The notes below the pieces were generated by a model. It saw only the letters and a program-made list of their open reading frames with translations. It searched no databases and was not told the origin of the DNA. Shown piece after piece: positions 8,748 through 18,080 of a stretch of DNA of 64,000 nucleotides. How positions within the stretch are numbered: the stretch's first letter is position 1; every line of letters starts with the position of its first letter. A program made the translations under genes and the position numbers. Source of the DNA: a virus; IMG/VR virus record IMGVR_UViG_2922401287_000005, positions 29,641 to 93,640 of that record, one strand, 5' to 3'.

Positions 8748-10432
8748 CACTTGTCCTTCTTGGTCGGCGGCTTGGAGCCGTCGACCTTGGTTGAGGGGGT
8801 CTTTGTGGAGGGGGTTTTGGTGGAGCCCGGCTCGGGCGCCGTGGGCTGCGGGACGGCTTGCGCCATCGCCTTCGCCTCGGCCACCTTGTTGTCGAGCAGG
8901 TTGGCGTCGATCGGCACAAGGCCGCTCGGCGTCATGACCATCAGCATGTTGGCGGCCGGGCTCGGGTCCGGCTCTTCGCCGATCCGGTCGCGCACCTGAT
9001 TGATGGTCAGGTTGCCGCTCTCTTGGTAGCCGCGCAGGATGGTCGACTGCTTCTCCGGGTCGATCTCCTGCTCTTCCGCCCACGCGAACTCGAGCTCGTC
9101 GTCGGAGAACTCGCGCATCAGCACGTCGTTGAGGGTCTCGGCGACCCACTGCTTCATGGGCTCGATGCCCTCCTCCTCGGCCTGCTTCTCGTGCTGCTCG
9201 GCGATCGAGCGGTTCGAGAGCGAGACGAAGGCGGCCGGCGGATAGGAGAACGCGAAGCAGACGATGCGGACCAGCCACTCGTCGAACTCGTTCTTGAGCG
9301 GCGGCTCCTTGAGCGGCGTGTAGGCGTTGCCGGAGCCGGTCGGGATGAACTTCATCCGGCGACGGTTGGCGAGGTTGCCCGAGAACAGATCGTCCCAATA
9401 CTGCTGGAAGCGCTGGGTCTGGTCCGGCGTCCACTCGGCGGGCAGCGAATACACCGCGTCCGGCTGGTTGCCTTCGCGGAAGTATTCGAGCTGCGCCAGC
9501 GAGCGGTGCAGCGCGATCGAGATGGTCATCACGACCTGCTCGACCGGCGAATAGCCATAGACCCGGTTGGGGCGCAGATTGAGCGGCCGATAGATCAGGT
9601 CCGCCGTGGTGTAGTTCACTGCCGGGAGACCTTTCAGCACCTGCTGGTAGGCCGGAGGCAGCATCGCGAACTTCGGCGGCTTCATGCCGATCGGCGTCTG
9701 ATGCGCGATCATGGAGCCGGGCACCAGCCGGAAACCGAAGGTTCGGTGGTTCTCCAGCGTGATGGTGTCGCCGTTCCACGTGAAGTCCTGCCCGGTGAAC
9801 GGGATGGGCTCCGGGGTGCGGCCCCAATCGTCGATCACCCGCTTGATGGTGCCGCCGTCGACGTAGCGCAGGCCGATCAGCCCGCCGCCACGGTTGCGCT
9901 CGCAGAAGATCGACGGGGCGTCGATCACGAGCAGATCCTCGAGGATCGCGCGCAGCCAGGATCGGAAGGTCATCTCCCGGTCGGGCCGCTTGAAGAAGCG
10001 CGTGATCTCCTTGATGCGGTTCTGCTGAGCCGCAGGCAGCTCGGAGATCGCCGGCCGCTTCTTCTTGCTGGTGTCCTCGTGCTTGACGCGGATGGTCCAC
10101 GGCAGGCGGCACATCTGATCCTTGCGCCGCTCGATGACGAGCCGCATCGGATCGTAGCTGTCGGCGAGGTTGCGCAGCGCCGGGAACGAGATTTCCTCGT
10201 AGGTGCGCGGCGTGGTGGCGAGGTTGTAGCCCGGGATGAAATCCCAGACGCGGCCTGCGACCTCGGGCGGGGCAATCGGCTGGATCGGGTTGAGAGGTCC
10301 GAACCAGTCGGCGCCCTGCGCGGTGCCGTAGCCCGCGCCCGGCGTGACCGGGCGCCCCTGCGACGACACGCTGACGTCGTAGGGAGAGAGCGACCGCATC
10401 GAGCGGCCTTCTCCGCGAGGGGTGGACACCAT
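8747..10432 (-). CDS. Phage portal protein
   Basis: 561 aa directly after terminase; WLRAILEDLLVIDA, YGYSPVEQ and DEWLVRIVCFAF are portal-like motifs. Confidence 0.88.
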   Translation of the reverse strand: MVSTPRGEGRSMRSLSPYDVSVSSQGRPVTPGAGYGTAQGADWFGPLNPIQPIAPPEVAGRVWDFIPGYNLATTPRTYEEISFPALRNLADSYDPMRLVIERRKDQMCRLPWTIRVKHEDTSKKKRPAISELPAAQQNRIKEITRFFKRPDREMTFRSWLRAILEDLLVIDAPSIFCERNRGGGLIGLRYVDGGTIKRVIDDWGRTPEPIPFTGQDFTWNGDTITLENHRTFGFRLVPGSMIAHQTPIGMKPPKFAMLPPAYQQVLKGLPAVNYTTADLIYRPLNLRPNRVYGYSPVEQVVMTISIALHRSLAQLEYFREGNQPDAVYSLPAEWTPDQTQRFQQYWDDLFSGNLANRRRMKFIPTGSGNAYTPLKEPPLKNEFDEWLVRIVCFAFSYPPAAFVSLSNRSIAEQHEKQAEEEGIEPMKQWVAETLNDVLMREFSDDELEFAWAEEQEIDPEKQSTILRGYQESGNLTINQVRDRIGEEPDPSPAANMLMVMTPSGLVPIDANLLDNKVAEAKAMAQAVPQPTAPEPGSTKTPSTKTPSTKVDGSKPPTKKDK

Positions 10433-10448
10433 CCTGCAGCTTCCGTTT

Positions 10449-12158
10449 TTACGTTGTGGGCCCCGCTTGAGGCGTTGGCGCGGGCAGCGGGACGCGCTCC
10501 CAGCCCCGTTGCATGAAGGCTGAGGCGTCGTCCTTGCTGACGGCGATGATGCGGTTGGCCGGCGGGTATGCTGCCGTGCCGTCCATCAGGTAGACGGTCG
10601 AGACGTCGTCCGGCACGCGGATCAGCACCTTGTCGCGCGGAGGCGTGGCCGGTGTGATCTCGAAGCCGAACTGGGGACCTTCCGGAGGCGGGGCGCTTGC
10701 GGCCCCGCTGTGCTGCTGCGCGCCCTCGGCGAGCCGCTTGTAATACTCGATCCAGCTGTTGGCGCCGGAAGCGAGAGCCAGGTCGTTCACCGCCCAGATC
10801 CATGCGTCGGCCCGGTCGGGAGACTTGGGCCCCGTGTAGCCGAGCGTGGTGAAGGCGGTGAGCTGGTCCTCCAGCTCGTTGAAGCGTCCGACGTGGCGCA
10901 CCCCGTTGCGGGTATACAGCGTGGAGATCGGCTCGGCGCGGACGTGCTTGCCCTTGCCTGCATGGACCACGCGCACCGGGACGGCGCCGTCCAGCGAGCG
11001 GATGACGTAGGCGACCATGTCGCCGCCGTAGTTGATCTCGGCGATGATGTGGTCGGCACCGTAGGCGTGGTAGGCGGCGATTGCCGCCTTGCCCCAGTTC
11101 TCGGGACCGCCGACGATCGACAGGTCGGCGCGCAGATAGACGCGGTTGTCCTTGCCAAGCGAGGCGACAACGATGCCGATCTCGTCGTTCTTCGGCTTCT
11201 GCTCGACGTCGGTCTTGTCGCCGGGCTCGGATGCGCCGGACGGGTCGATCGAGACCACGGTCTGCACATATTCCGGCTCGTCGCCGACGGCGACGCGGCA
11301 GCTCTCGATCAGCTCGGTGGTCCAGAGCGCACCGGCGTTCTCGTCGATGTAGGAGCCTTCCCAGAACCGCTTGCGATAGTTGCCGGTCGAGTTTTCGAGC
11401 TCCTTGATGTAGCCAGCGTCAAGGTTCGCCATGTTGTCAGCGGGATTGATGAACATCCGCTGGTAGTTCTCGGGGTCGTTGATCGCGACCTTGGTCTCGG
11501 GGTCCTTGAGGTCGCCGAACAGGACGTTGGTCCAGTGCGACTTGCCGACCGGGTTGATGTCGTAGAACATCCGCTGCCGGCAGCCGTCGACGACCTGGGC
11601 GAGACGCGAGCGGACCAGCTTGGCGGTGTACCAGCTGATCTGCGAGCACTCGTTGAGGAAGATGGTGCAGTATTCGGCACCGAGGATCTTGTCGGCGCGC
11701 GACGCATCGTCGAGGCCGCCGATCCAGATTTCCGACCCGTTCGGGAAGCGCACCACGTTGTGCGGGTGGCGCGAGTGCTTGTACTTGGTCCCTGGGAAGA
11801 AGAGCTTCATCACCTTCGGCAGGGTGTCGAGACCCACCGAGGCGTCGGCATGGACCGCGCGGTTACGCAAGATCACATGGCGGGAGCCCGGGAAGCGGAG
11901 CGCGCGCAGCACGATGGTGCGGACGAGCGTCGTGGTCTTACCGGAGCGGGCGCCGCCGACCAGACAGGTGTGGCGCTGATCGCCACCGAGCAGGATGGTG
12001 GCCTTCTCCTGCGCCGGCGTCGCGCCCTTCTCGCCCCATGACGAGAGCGGCGGGCCGCCGTTGTGCCCGATCTTCGTCGCGCCCTTCTCGCCGACAACGA
12101 CGAACAAGGGGCCCCGGCTGGAGGCCTTTTTCTGCCGCTTGCCCTTAGAGCTTGGCAT
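10449..12158 (-). CDS. terL: Terminase large subunit with C-terminal extension
   Basis: Walker A GGARSGKT; nuclease motifs VSIDPSG, DEIGIVV and SPDRADA. Confidence 0.92.
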   Translation of the reverse strand: MPSSKGKRQKKASSRGPLFVVVGEKGATKIGHNGGPPLSSWGEKGATPAQEKATILLGGDQRHTCLVGGARSGKTTTLVRTIVLRALRFPGSRHVILRNRAVHADASVGLDTLPKVMKLFFPGTKYKHSRHPHNVVRFPNGSEIWIGGLDDASRADKILGAEYCTIFLNECSQISWYTAKLVRSRLAQVVDGCRQRMFYDINPVGKSHWTNVLFGDLKDPETKVAINDPENYQRMFINPADNMANLDAGYIKELENSTGNYRKRFWEGSYIDENAGALWTTELIESCRVAVGDEPEYVQTVVSIDPSGASEPGDKTDVEQKPKNDEIGIVVASLGKDNRVYLRADLSIVGGPENWGKAAIAAYHAYGADHIIAEINYGGDMVAYVIRSLDGAVPVRVVHAGKGKHVRAEPISTLYTRNGVRHVGRFNELEDQLTAFTTLGYTGPKSPDRADAWIWAVNDLALASGANSWIEYYKRLAEGAQQHSGAASAPPPEGPQFGFEITPATPPRDKVLIRVPDDVSTVYLMDGTAAYPPANRIIAVSKDDASAFMQRGWERVPLPAPTPQAGPTT

Positions 12159-12633
12159 CAGCCGCCGAGATCACGAACACGGGCTGGGCCCCGCCCGCGA
12201 CCTCGCCGGAGTGCTCGACCTTCTGCGGCGCGTAGAGCCCGAGCAGCTTGGCCTGAAACTCCATGGTGCGACGCGCCTGATCCATTCGCTCGCTGTCGCC
12301 CTCGAAGGCGTCGGCGAGCGTTGCGGTCAGCATCATCTCGAGGCGCGCGGCCATAAGGCTGCGCAGCTCTTCGACGCCCTCGATCGGCTGGCTCTCCATC
12401 GCGTAGCGGACGAGCTTGTAGGCGTAGGTGCGATTGACCTTCAGCTCCTCGCCGATCTGCTGGAACGTGTAGCCCTGCAGGCGATACTGAACGGCCTCCT
12501 CGGCCTTGCGCTTGAACGCCGCGGTGACCGCGATCTCGCGGGGCGACGTCGATGAGTTCTTGACGGTTTTCTTGCCCTTCTTCCTGCGACGGTCCTTGCC
12601 GTCCGACTGGGCTGCGACTGCTTTGTTGGGCAT
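12145..12633 (-). CDS. Terminase small subunit
   Basis: HTH-like YTFQQIGEELKV...AYKLV; C-terminal LLGLYAPQKVEHSG; overlaps terL; start uncertain (12633 or 12690). Confidence 0.75.
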   Translation of the reverse strand: MPNKAVAAQSDGKDRRRKKGKKTVKNSSTSPREIAVTAAFKRKAEEAVQYRLQGYTFQQIGEELKVNRTYAYKLVRYAMESQPIEGVEELRSLMAARLEMMLTATLADAFEGDSERMDQARRTMEFQAKLLGLYAPQKVEHSGEVAGGAQPVFVISAADAKL

Positions 12634-12696
12634 GGGGACACTGAATTTCGCTGGTCTCGTTGGTCTCAATGGTCGGGTGGCGGATGCCACAAAGAG

Positions 12697-12727
12697 AAAG
12701 GGGCCGCCCTGCGAAGGCGACCCCTTT
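12697..12727 (-). promoter_or_regulatory. TTCGCAG-loop hairpin followed by a T-rich tract, upstream of terminase
   Basis: AAAGGGGTCGCC-TTCGCAG-GGCGGCCCCTTT on the minus strand. Confidence 0.65.
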
Positions 12728-12768
12728 CCCTGTCACTCCTCATGGGAGCGACGAACGTCGGCTAGAGC

Positions 12769-12849
12769 TTAGCTCTTGCCCGACTGCTTCTTCTTGTTCT
12801 TGGACTTTTTGGCCGACTTCTTCGTGGCCTTCTTCGCCTTCTTCGCCAT
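12769..12849 (-). CDS. Lysine-rich micropeptide (26 aa)
   Basis: GGAG RBS; MAKKAKKATKKSAKKSKNKKKQSGKS; shorter than the ORF-track cutoff. Confidence 0.7.
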   Translation of the reverse strand: MAKKAKKATKKSAKKSKNKKKQSGKS

Positions 12850-12874
12850 GATGGCTGCTCCGTCGTGTGTTGCG

Positions 12875-13447
12875 TCAGTTTAAAGCGCTGCCGCTACGCC
12901 TTTTGTCCTCCCGCCGGGAGAACGCAGTCACCAGCCGCTCATACGATTTTTGCGGCGGGCGACTCTTCTGTAGACGAACTTTCGGCTTTGGCAAGTCGAA
13001 GCCCATCGACTCCGCAAGGATGTGGCCGTCGATGTACGTCAGCTCCTTGTCGAAGTAGCCGATCTTTTCCATGAACGCCTCGGCGCTCGCGCCGTCGGCG
13101 AACACGATCACCTTGTAATAGTCGGTCTTGCCCTGCTCCTCGTAGGCCTTGCCCTGACGCTTCAGGTCGGCCTTCATGGTCGAGGTCTGCGCGTCGTCGC
13201 CCTCGGCGGGCTCCGCACTCGGAGGCACCTTGCCGTTGAGCACGAGGTCGAGGCGCGCGATGCGCTCTTCGTTCTCCTGCTCGGGATCGAGCTCCTCGGG
13301 GATCTCGCCGATCGGATCGGTCTGGCGCTCCACGAAGTCGAGCGCCTTGGCGGCCTCTCGACGTTTCTTCATCGCGTTGGGGTCGAGCTTGCGCAGGCCC
13401 CCGCCTTCCCGCTTCTTGATACCGAGGGTGAGCTTTTTCAGCGCCAT
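12875..13447 (-). CDS. Hypothetical protein (190 aa)
   Basis: Charged N-terminus; C-terminal DYYKVIVFAD...YIDGHILAESMG motif. Confidence 0.75.
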   Translation of the reverse strand: MALKKLTLGIKKREGGGLRKLDPNAMKKRREAAKALDFVERQTDPIGEIPEELDPEQENEERIARLDLVLNGKVPPSAEPAEGDDAQTSTMKADLKRQGKAYEEQGKTDYYKVIVFADGASAEAFMEKIGYFDKELTYIDGHILAESMGFDLPKPKVRLQKSRPPQKSYERLVTAFSRREDKRRSGSALN

Positions 13448-13453
13448 GGCGCG

Positions 13454-14122
13454 TCACCTCTGGATCGGCTGTCCGGTGGGCGTCGCGAAATACGGCGTCC
13501 GGTACAGCCCGAAGCGATCGAGCTTGATCTTCTTGTCGTTGTAGAGCGCGATGAAGCGATCCTGTCCGGCAGCATCGAGGTGCTGGAAGTAGAACTTCAG
13601 GTGCGCGATGCCCGAGCGCGGCTGGAATTTGACGTACTTGCCGATGTACTCGGTGCGCTCGTACGACGACAGGCCGTGTTGATCGCACAGCGCCTCGGTG
13701 AGCTCCTCGCCGCCGTCGTACGGGTGCGAGGAGATCGACGTGACGTGCACCTGGCCGGCGAGCGGCGACGGCACGTCACAGTAGATCTTGTAGTTCTTGT
13801 CGGTGCCGATCACGAGCGCGCCGGCCTCGATCTGGGCGAACAGATCGTCGGGGTGCATCGAGCCGCAATGCGAGCAGGCGCGGTGCCCATCCCGGGTCAT
13901 CCACCAGTCATTGGACTTGTCCTGTGGGAGGAACGGCACTTCGAGGCGCCGCGGACAGCGGTGCCCCTCCGTGGGGTGCTTCTCGTCGACGTGCCCACGC
14001 AGTTTCCAGTAGGCGTTCGAGCCGCACTCCTCGTTCCCTGCACGGACGCCGAGGGGGCTGTCAGCGTCCTCGCCCCACTTGAACACCGAGGGGCAGTACG
14101 GACAGGCGTGATCGCTCGACAT
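13454..14122 (-). CDS. Cys/His-rich hypothetical protein
   Basis: 222 aa; CPYC and CSHCGSMHP motifs. Confidence 0.7.
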   Translation of the reverse strand: MSSDHACPYCPSVFKWGEDADSPLGVRAGNEECGSNAYWKLRGHVDEKHPTEGHRCPRRLEVPFLPQDKSNDWWMTRDGHRACSHCGSMHPDDLFAQIEAGALVIGTDKNYKIYCDVPSPLAGQVHVTSISSHPYDGGEELTEALCDQHGLSSYERTEYIGKYVKFQPRSGIAHLKFYFQHLDAAGQDRFIALYNDKKIKLDRFGLYRTPYFATPTGQPIQR

Positions 14123-14132
14123 GAGTGCTCCT

Positions 14133-14644
14133 TTAGTCGTCGCCGCCGAAGTCGATGTCGATGCCGTCGCCGCCGAAGAAGCCGCCGTCGTCGACGATGT
14201 CGACGTCGATGCCGCTACCCACGATGACCGGGTCGACGTAGAGCGGGTCCACGATCATCGGCGCGGCGTAGACGTGAGGACCTGCCAGTGCGCTGCCGAT
14301 CATCGCACCGGCCATGCCGGCGACCAGCACGTCGCCTGCGGAGGCACCGTGGTCGACGTGATGCACAACGGTCTGAGTTGGAGCGGCTGCGTAGACAGGC
14401 TGCGGAGCTGCGGCAGGAGCCGGGCCGGGTGACGGCGGCGTCGGGCGCGGCGCGTAGGCCGCGCCGCCCCACGGGTCGCCCTGCAACCCGCCAATCGAGC
14501 GGCGGACATCGCCGTAGGTCGACCGCCGGCGCTCGGTGTTCTGCTCGCGCAGCGAGAGGATGAACCAGAAGCAGCCGAACAGGATCGCAAGGACGAACAA
14601 CGCAAACAGAACAGGGCAAAGCCGGAGATGTGCACGTGGTGCAT
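14133..14644 (-). CDS. Membrane-anchored hypothetical protein with an apparent 1-nt frameshift near 14610
   Basis: MHHVHISGFALF frame joins the LFALFVLAILFG frame if one C is added; acidic Gly-rich tail. Confidence 0.5.
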
Positions 14645-14683
14645 GGCGTGGGGAGCCTATGGTTGGGGGACGGAGGTGGTTGG

Positions 14684-14782
14684 TCAGAGCCGCGATGCGA
14701 GCAGCAGCACCAGCAGCAGGATCAGGACGGCGTTCACCGCGTGGTCGAGCGCGAGAAGCCAGAAGAAGGAGCGGCGCCGCAT
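14684..14782 (-). CDS. Small membrane peptide (32 aa)
   Basis: MRRRSFFWLLALDHAVNAVLILLLVLLLASRL; start overlaps the upstream stop. Confidence 0.5.
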   Translation of the reverse strand: MRRRSFFWLLALDHAVNAVLILLLVLLLASRL

Positions 14783-14973
14783 CAGAGCATCGCCTGCACG
14801 GCGGTCACCAGCGTGTGGACCGAGGAGATCAGCATCGCGACCAGGCCGACGAGCAGCGAGGTCTCCATGATGGGGTCCTTCGAGAAGGCCTTGTCATGCC
14901 ACCATGCCGAGATCAGGCACACCAGCAGGCAGCCCGAAGCAAGGGTCGCTACAACGCCGACGAAGATCATCAC
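14782..14973 (-). CDS. Small two-TM membrane protein
   Basis: 63 aa with two hydrophobic stretches; overlapping start/stop. Confidence 0.55.
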   Translation of the reverse strand: MMIFVGVVATLASGCLLVCLISAWWHDKAFSKDPIMETSLLVGLVAMLISSVHTLVTAVQAML

Positions 14974-15155
14974 TGCCTCTGGAACATCCGGAATACATCG
15001 AGCCGGGTCACGCCGATCTCGTCGGCGACTTCCTGCATCGTCTTGCCACGGGCGCGCAGCTGCAGCGCCTTCTTGATGAGTGCATCTTGGACGGCGTGGC
15101 TGACAGTCTGCATGGACACCTTCGGTTCAAGGTCGCGGGGGATGGAGCGGCTCAT
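14970..15155 (-). CDS. Small HTH DNA-binding protein
   Basis: ALQLRARGKTMQEVADEIGVTRLDVFRMF. Confidence 0.7.
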   Translation of the reverse strand: MSRSIPRDLEPKVSMQTVSHAVQDALIKKALQLRARGKTMQEVADEIGVTRLDVFRMFQRQ

Positions 15156-15877
15156 GCGGTGAGCCGCTGGTTGATCTCGTAACGATGGATTTCCGCCTCA
15201 GCGAGCGGCATCCACTCGATGATCCGCGCATAGTCCTGCGGATAGTGCTCACGCAGCGGGATCAGGTAGAGGTACGACCAGCCGTCGAGCGAGCGCGGCA
15301 GGAACGTGTAGTCGGCCGGCAGCGAGATGCCCGACGCTTCGATATTGTCGAGCAGCTCCTTCTTCGACCAGTGCCAGATCGGAGCCCAGTTGCCCGCGGA
15401 GGGCCGGATCGGCCCGTGCTTGCGGATCGACATGAAGCGGATGGCGTTGTCGAGCGCCCGGATGCCGGTGGCCGAGAGGATGTCGCCCTCGATGCCTTCC
15501 TGCTTCTTGACCATCTTGACGACGTCCGCGTGGTTGATGCGCGGGATCGGGGCGGCGCCGAGGATCTCGGCGCGCCGCATCGGCTGGAACAGCCCGTCGG
15601 TCAGCTGCTTGTAGAAGGTCGGGTGCGGCATCCGTAGGATTTTGCGGCCGAACAGCGTGCGCTCGTAATAGTCGAGGCTCTCGTCGACGAACTGCAGGCC
15701 GGGGATGTCGTCGTAGTAGAACGGGATCATCTCGATCTTGTCGCGCAGCGCAATCGCGGTGGCGATCGAGTCCTTGCCGCGCGAGAAGGCAATCAGCGTC
15801 TTGTCGCCGTACCGTTCCTTGTATTCGGCGATCAGCGCGTCGCCCCGGGGGTGATTGATCTTGTCGAGGCCGCTCAC
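15152..15877 (-). CDS. PP-loop (PAPS reductase-like) protein
   Basis: LIAFSRGKDS PP-loop; TGIRALD and WAPIWHW motifs. Confidence 0.8.
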   Translation of the reverse strand: MSGLDKINHPRGDALIAEYKERYGDKTLIAFSRGKDSIATAIALRDKIEMIPFYYDDIPGLQFVDESLDYYERTLFGRKILRMPHPTFYKQLTDGLFQPMRRAEILGAAPIPRINHADVVKMVKKQEGIEGDILSATGIRALDNAIRFMSIRKHGPIRPSAGNWAPIWHWSKKELLDNIEASGISLPADYTFLPRSLDGWSYLYLIPLREHYPQDYARIIEWMPLAEAEIHRYEINQRLTA

Positions 15878-16095
15878 TGCCGTGGCCTCCGAAGTGTCAG
15901 CTTGGCGTGCATCCGGTTCGGATCATCGGGGTCGCGCCAGCACTCGATCTCCGGCTTGGGCATCAGGATGTCCATGAACGGCCGGATGACCTCGGAGAGC
16001 TCGGCGCGGGTGAGGACGCCGTCCCCTGCCCGTTCCATGATCTCGGCGTGGATGATCTCGCCGACGAGGTCGAGCTTCGGAAGCTGCGCTGTCAC
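15874..16095 (-). CDS. Hypothetical protein (73 aa)
   Basis: Coupled start/stop overlaps. Confidence 0.55.
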   Translation of the reverse strand: MTAQLPKLDLVGEIIHAEIMERAGDGVLTRAELSEVIRPFMDILMPKPEIECWRDPDDPNRMHAKLTLRRPRQ

Positions 16096-16334
16096 TTCTT
16101 GCGAGCCTTGAGCTGGCGTACGGCGGAGGCGAGTTCGCCTGCCTCGATGTCGAGCTTCTTGATGTGCGCGTCACGCATCTCGAGCTCGCGCGTGGCGGAC
16201 CGGCGAAGGTCCGCCAGCGCCGATTTGAGGAAATCGTTCTCGTCCTTCAGCGCGCGGACCTGCCGGCGCAGCTTGACGAACGAGTTGTCCGGGGCTGAGC
16301 CCGTGCTGACCTTGACGATGTAGGGCTGCTTCAC
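16092..16334 (-). CDS. Coiled-coil hypothetical protein
   Basis: GTG 16334 overlaps the upstream stop; heptad-like LRRQVRALKDENDFLKSAL. Confidence 0.55.
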   Translation of the reverse strand: MKQPYIVKVSTGSAPDNSFVKLRRQVRALKDENDFLKSALADLRRSATRELEMRDAHIKKLDIEAGELASAVRQLKARKK

Positions 16335-16765
16335 GAGGCGAGCGCCCGCAGATACTCGAGCACCTGGCTCGACGTGCCTTGGAAGTGGCCCATTGCGGTG
16401 GCGCGCTCCTGATAGGTGCGCTGCCGTGTGAGGTGCCCGGCAGGGAGCTCCCTGCCCTCGCGCGCCCAGTAGCGCTGACGGATCACCTCGGGGTGCTCCT
16501 GAATGAACACCGGCGTGACGTGGAAGCCGACATGCTCCAGCGGCGCGACGATCTGCGACATCGAGAACGGCGTCTCGATCAGCAGCGGCCGCTTCGCGGT
16601 GTGCGACTGCCGGCAAATCTCGGCGGTGTAGGAGGCGCCCGGCGCCGCCTTGAACTGATCGTGCGGCACGTAGTGGTAGAGGCCGGCGAGCTGGCCGCAG
16701 ACCCATGACTTGCCCGAGCCCGGGCAGCCGACGACCAAGAACGCGGTGAGGTTCGCCGGGATCAT
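16331..16765 (-). CDS. P-loop kinase-like protein
   Basis: VVGCPGSGKS Walker A near the N-terminus, 144 aa. Confidence 0.75.
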   Translation of the reverse strand: MIPANLTAFLVVGCPGSGKSWVCGQLAGLYHYVPHDQFKAAPGASYTAEICRQSHTAKRPLLIETPFSMSQIVAPLEHVGFHVTPVFIQEHPEVIRQRYWAREGRELPAGHLTRQRTYQERATAMGHFQGTSSQVLEYLRALAS

Positions 16766-17106
16766 CAGGCGACCCCGCTCAGCAGCGCGCAGAACCAGAT
16801 GGCCTTGCACGTGACGTGGAGACCCTGGTCGGCGCTGTAGCCGATGCGGCCCGAGCACTTGGTGAAGTCGATCACCGCGTGGGCGACCAGCTCCGCCCCT
16901 GCGAGGAGCCACGAACCGGTGGCGAGCTTGACGGCTCCGGCGTGGATCGCGGCGTGCGAGAGCATCGCGCCCGGCCAGATCACCTCGCCGGAGACCAGCG
17001 AGAGCGTGTGGTTCTTGGCCTTCGACAGCCAGTCGCCCTGCAGCGGATAGTCCGCTACCGCGTGGCAGATCAGCATCCAGAACAGAGGGCCGAGGGCGTC
17101 CAGCAT
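16765..17106 (-). CDS. DUF3307-like membrane protein
   Basis: HAVADYPLQ, HAAIH, HAVID and DQGLH motifs. Confidence 0.75.
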   Translation of the reverse strand: MLDALGPLFWMLICHAVADYPLQGDWLSKAKNHTLSLVSGEVIWPGAMLSHAAIHAGAVKLATGSWLLAGAELVAHAVIDFTKCSGRIGYSADQGLHVTCKAIWFCALLSGVA

Positions 17107-17107
17107 G

Positions 17108-17317
17108 TCAGGCGGCCTTCTGCTCGCGGGTGCCGAGCTGGCACTTCCAGCCGGCGAGGCGCTCGGCGGGATGCTGCTTCATCCACTCGGCGATCGCCGG
17201 CAGACCGACCATGCACTGGGTCATGGTCATCGGCTGGAAGTCGGAGTTGGTCACGGTGACCTCGTGGCAGTCCGCGGGGGCCGCGAGGCTGCACAGGGTC
17301 GCGATGATCTTGATCAT
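17108..17317 (-). CDS. Hypothetical protein (69 aa)
   Basis: ORF in operon; conserved-looking Cys pattern. Confidence 0.6.
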   Translation of the reverse strand: MIKIIATLCSLAAPADCHEVTVTNSDFQPMTMTQCMVGLPAIAEWMKQHPAERLAGWKCQLGTREQKAA

Positions 17318-17496
17318 TGGGGGTCCTTGCGGTGCGCCGCGAGCAGCGCGTCGATGAATGGCGCGGACTTCGCCGCCATCTCGGCGGAGAGCTTCTTCTT
17401 CCAGTCGGGGCCGTACTTGGCCTTCTGGATCGCGACGAACTCGGCGATGATCGCCTTCACCTCGGGTGATGGCTCCGGGCGGGGTCTATCGCTCAC
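17314..17496 (-). CDS. Hypothetical protein (60 aa)
   Basis: GTG 17496 overlaps the upstream stop. Confidence 0.5.
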   Translation of the reverse strand: MSDRPRPEPSPEVKAIIAEFVAIQKAKYGPDWKKKLSAEMAAKSAPFIDALLAAHRKDPQ

Positions 17497-17693
17497 GGCG
17501 CCTCGCCGAACTTGTCGATCAGATGCGCCTTCGCGACGTACCAGCCCTCGAAGTAGCCGACCAGCACGGCGACGTAGCCGATGATCCACGCGAGATACGG
17601 GTAGTGGCTCTCCGCCAGTGCGAGGCAGATGCAGATCAGGATGACCTCGGCGACCGTCAGGACGCCGATGATGACGTGGGTCTCGTCGACCAT
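17493..17693 (-). CDS. Small membrane protein
   Basis: MVDETHVIIGV...; two hydrophobic segments. Confidence 0.55.
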   Translation of the reverse strand: MVDETHVIIGVLTVAEVILICICLALAESHYPYLAWIIGYVAVLVGYFEGWYVAKAHLIDKFGEAP

Positions 17694-18019
17694 CACGCCA
17701 CCGGCGCCGCGAGGCGAGCCATGTGGGTGCGACCGACCTTCTTCGGGCCCCGGTAGGGCTCCGGGTTCTCGACAGGCTCGCAGAGCGCGGGGCACTTGCC
17801 GTGGCGCCCGAGCGGTGCGCTGCAGTTCGAGCAGCGCCCGGCCGCCTTGAGGTCGGCCGGGCCAGCCTCGACGAACCGCGTGATGCTGAAGGGCCGCTCG
17901 AAACCGGTCAGGTGATAGTTGCCGTCGCGGTGGTTGGCGATCCAGACCTCGTAGAGGCGGCCAACGGTGAGTTCGTCACGCGCAAGCGTGTTGTCGATGC
18001 ACTTCACGAAGAGGGGCAT
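17693..18019 (-). CDS. Hypothetical protein with C-terminal Cys motifs
   Basis: 108 aa; CSNC and CPALC. Confidence 0.6.
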   Translation of the reverse strand: MPLFVKCIDNTLARDELTVGRLYEVWIANHRDGNYHLTGFERPFSITRFVEAGPADLKAAGRCSNCSAPLGRHGKCPALCEPVENPEPYRGPKKVGRTHMARLAAPVA

Positions 18020-18080
18020 GGTGGATGGTCTCCGGGGTGTGGCCCGCGTCGATGGTCAGTCGGTGCGGGAAGTCAGGCGA

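Noticed and set aside
11655-11670. Terminase Walker B reads FLNE rather than DE
   Set aside because: I recall this variant in related terminases; Walker A and nuclease motifs are intact
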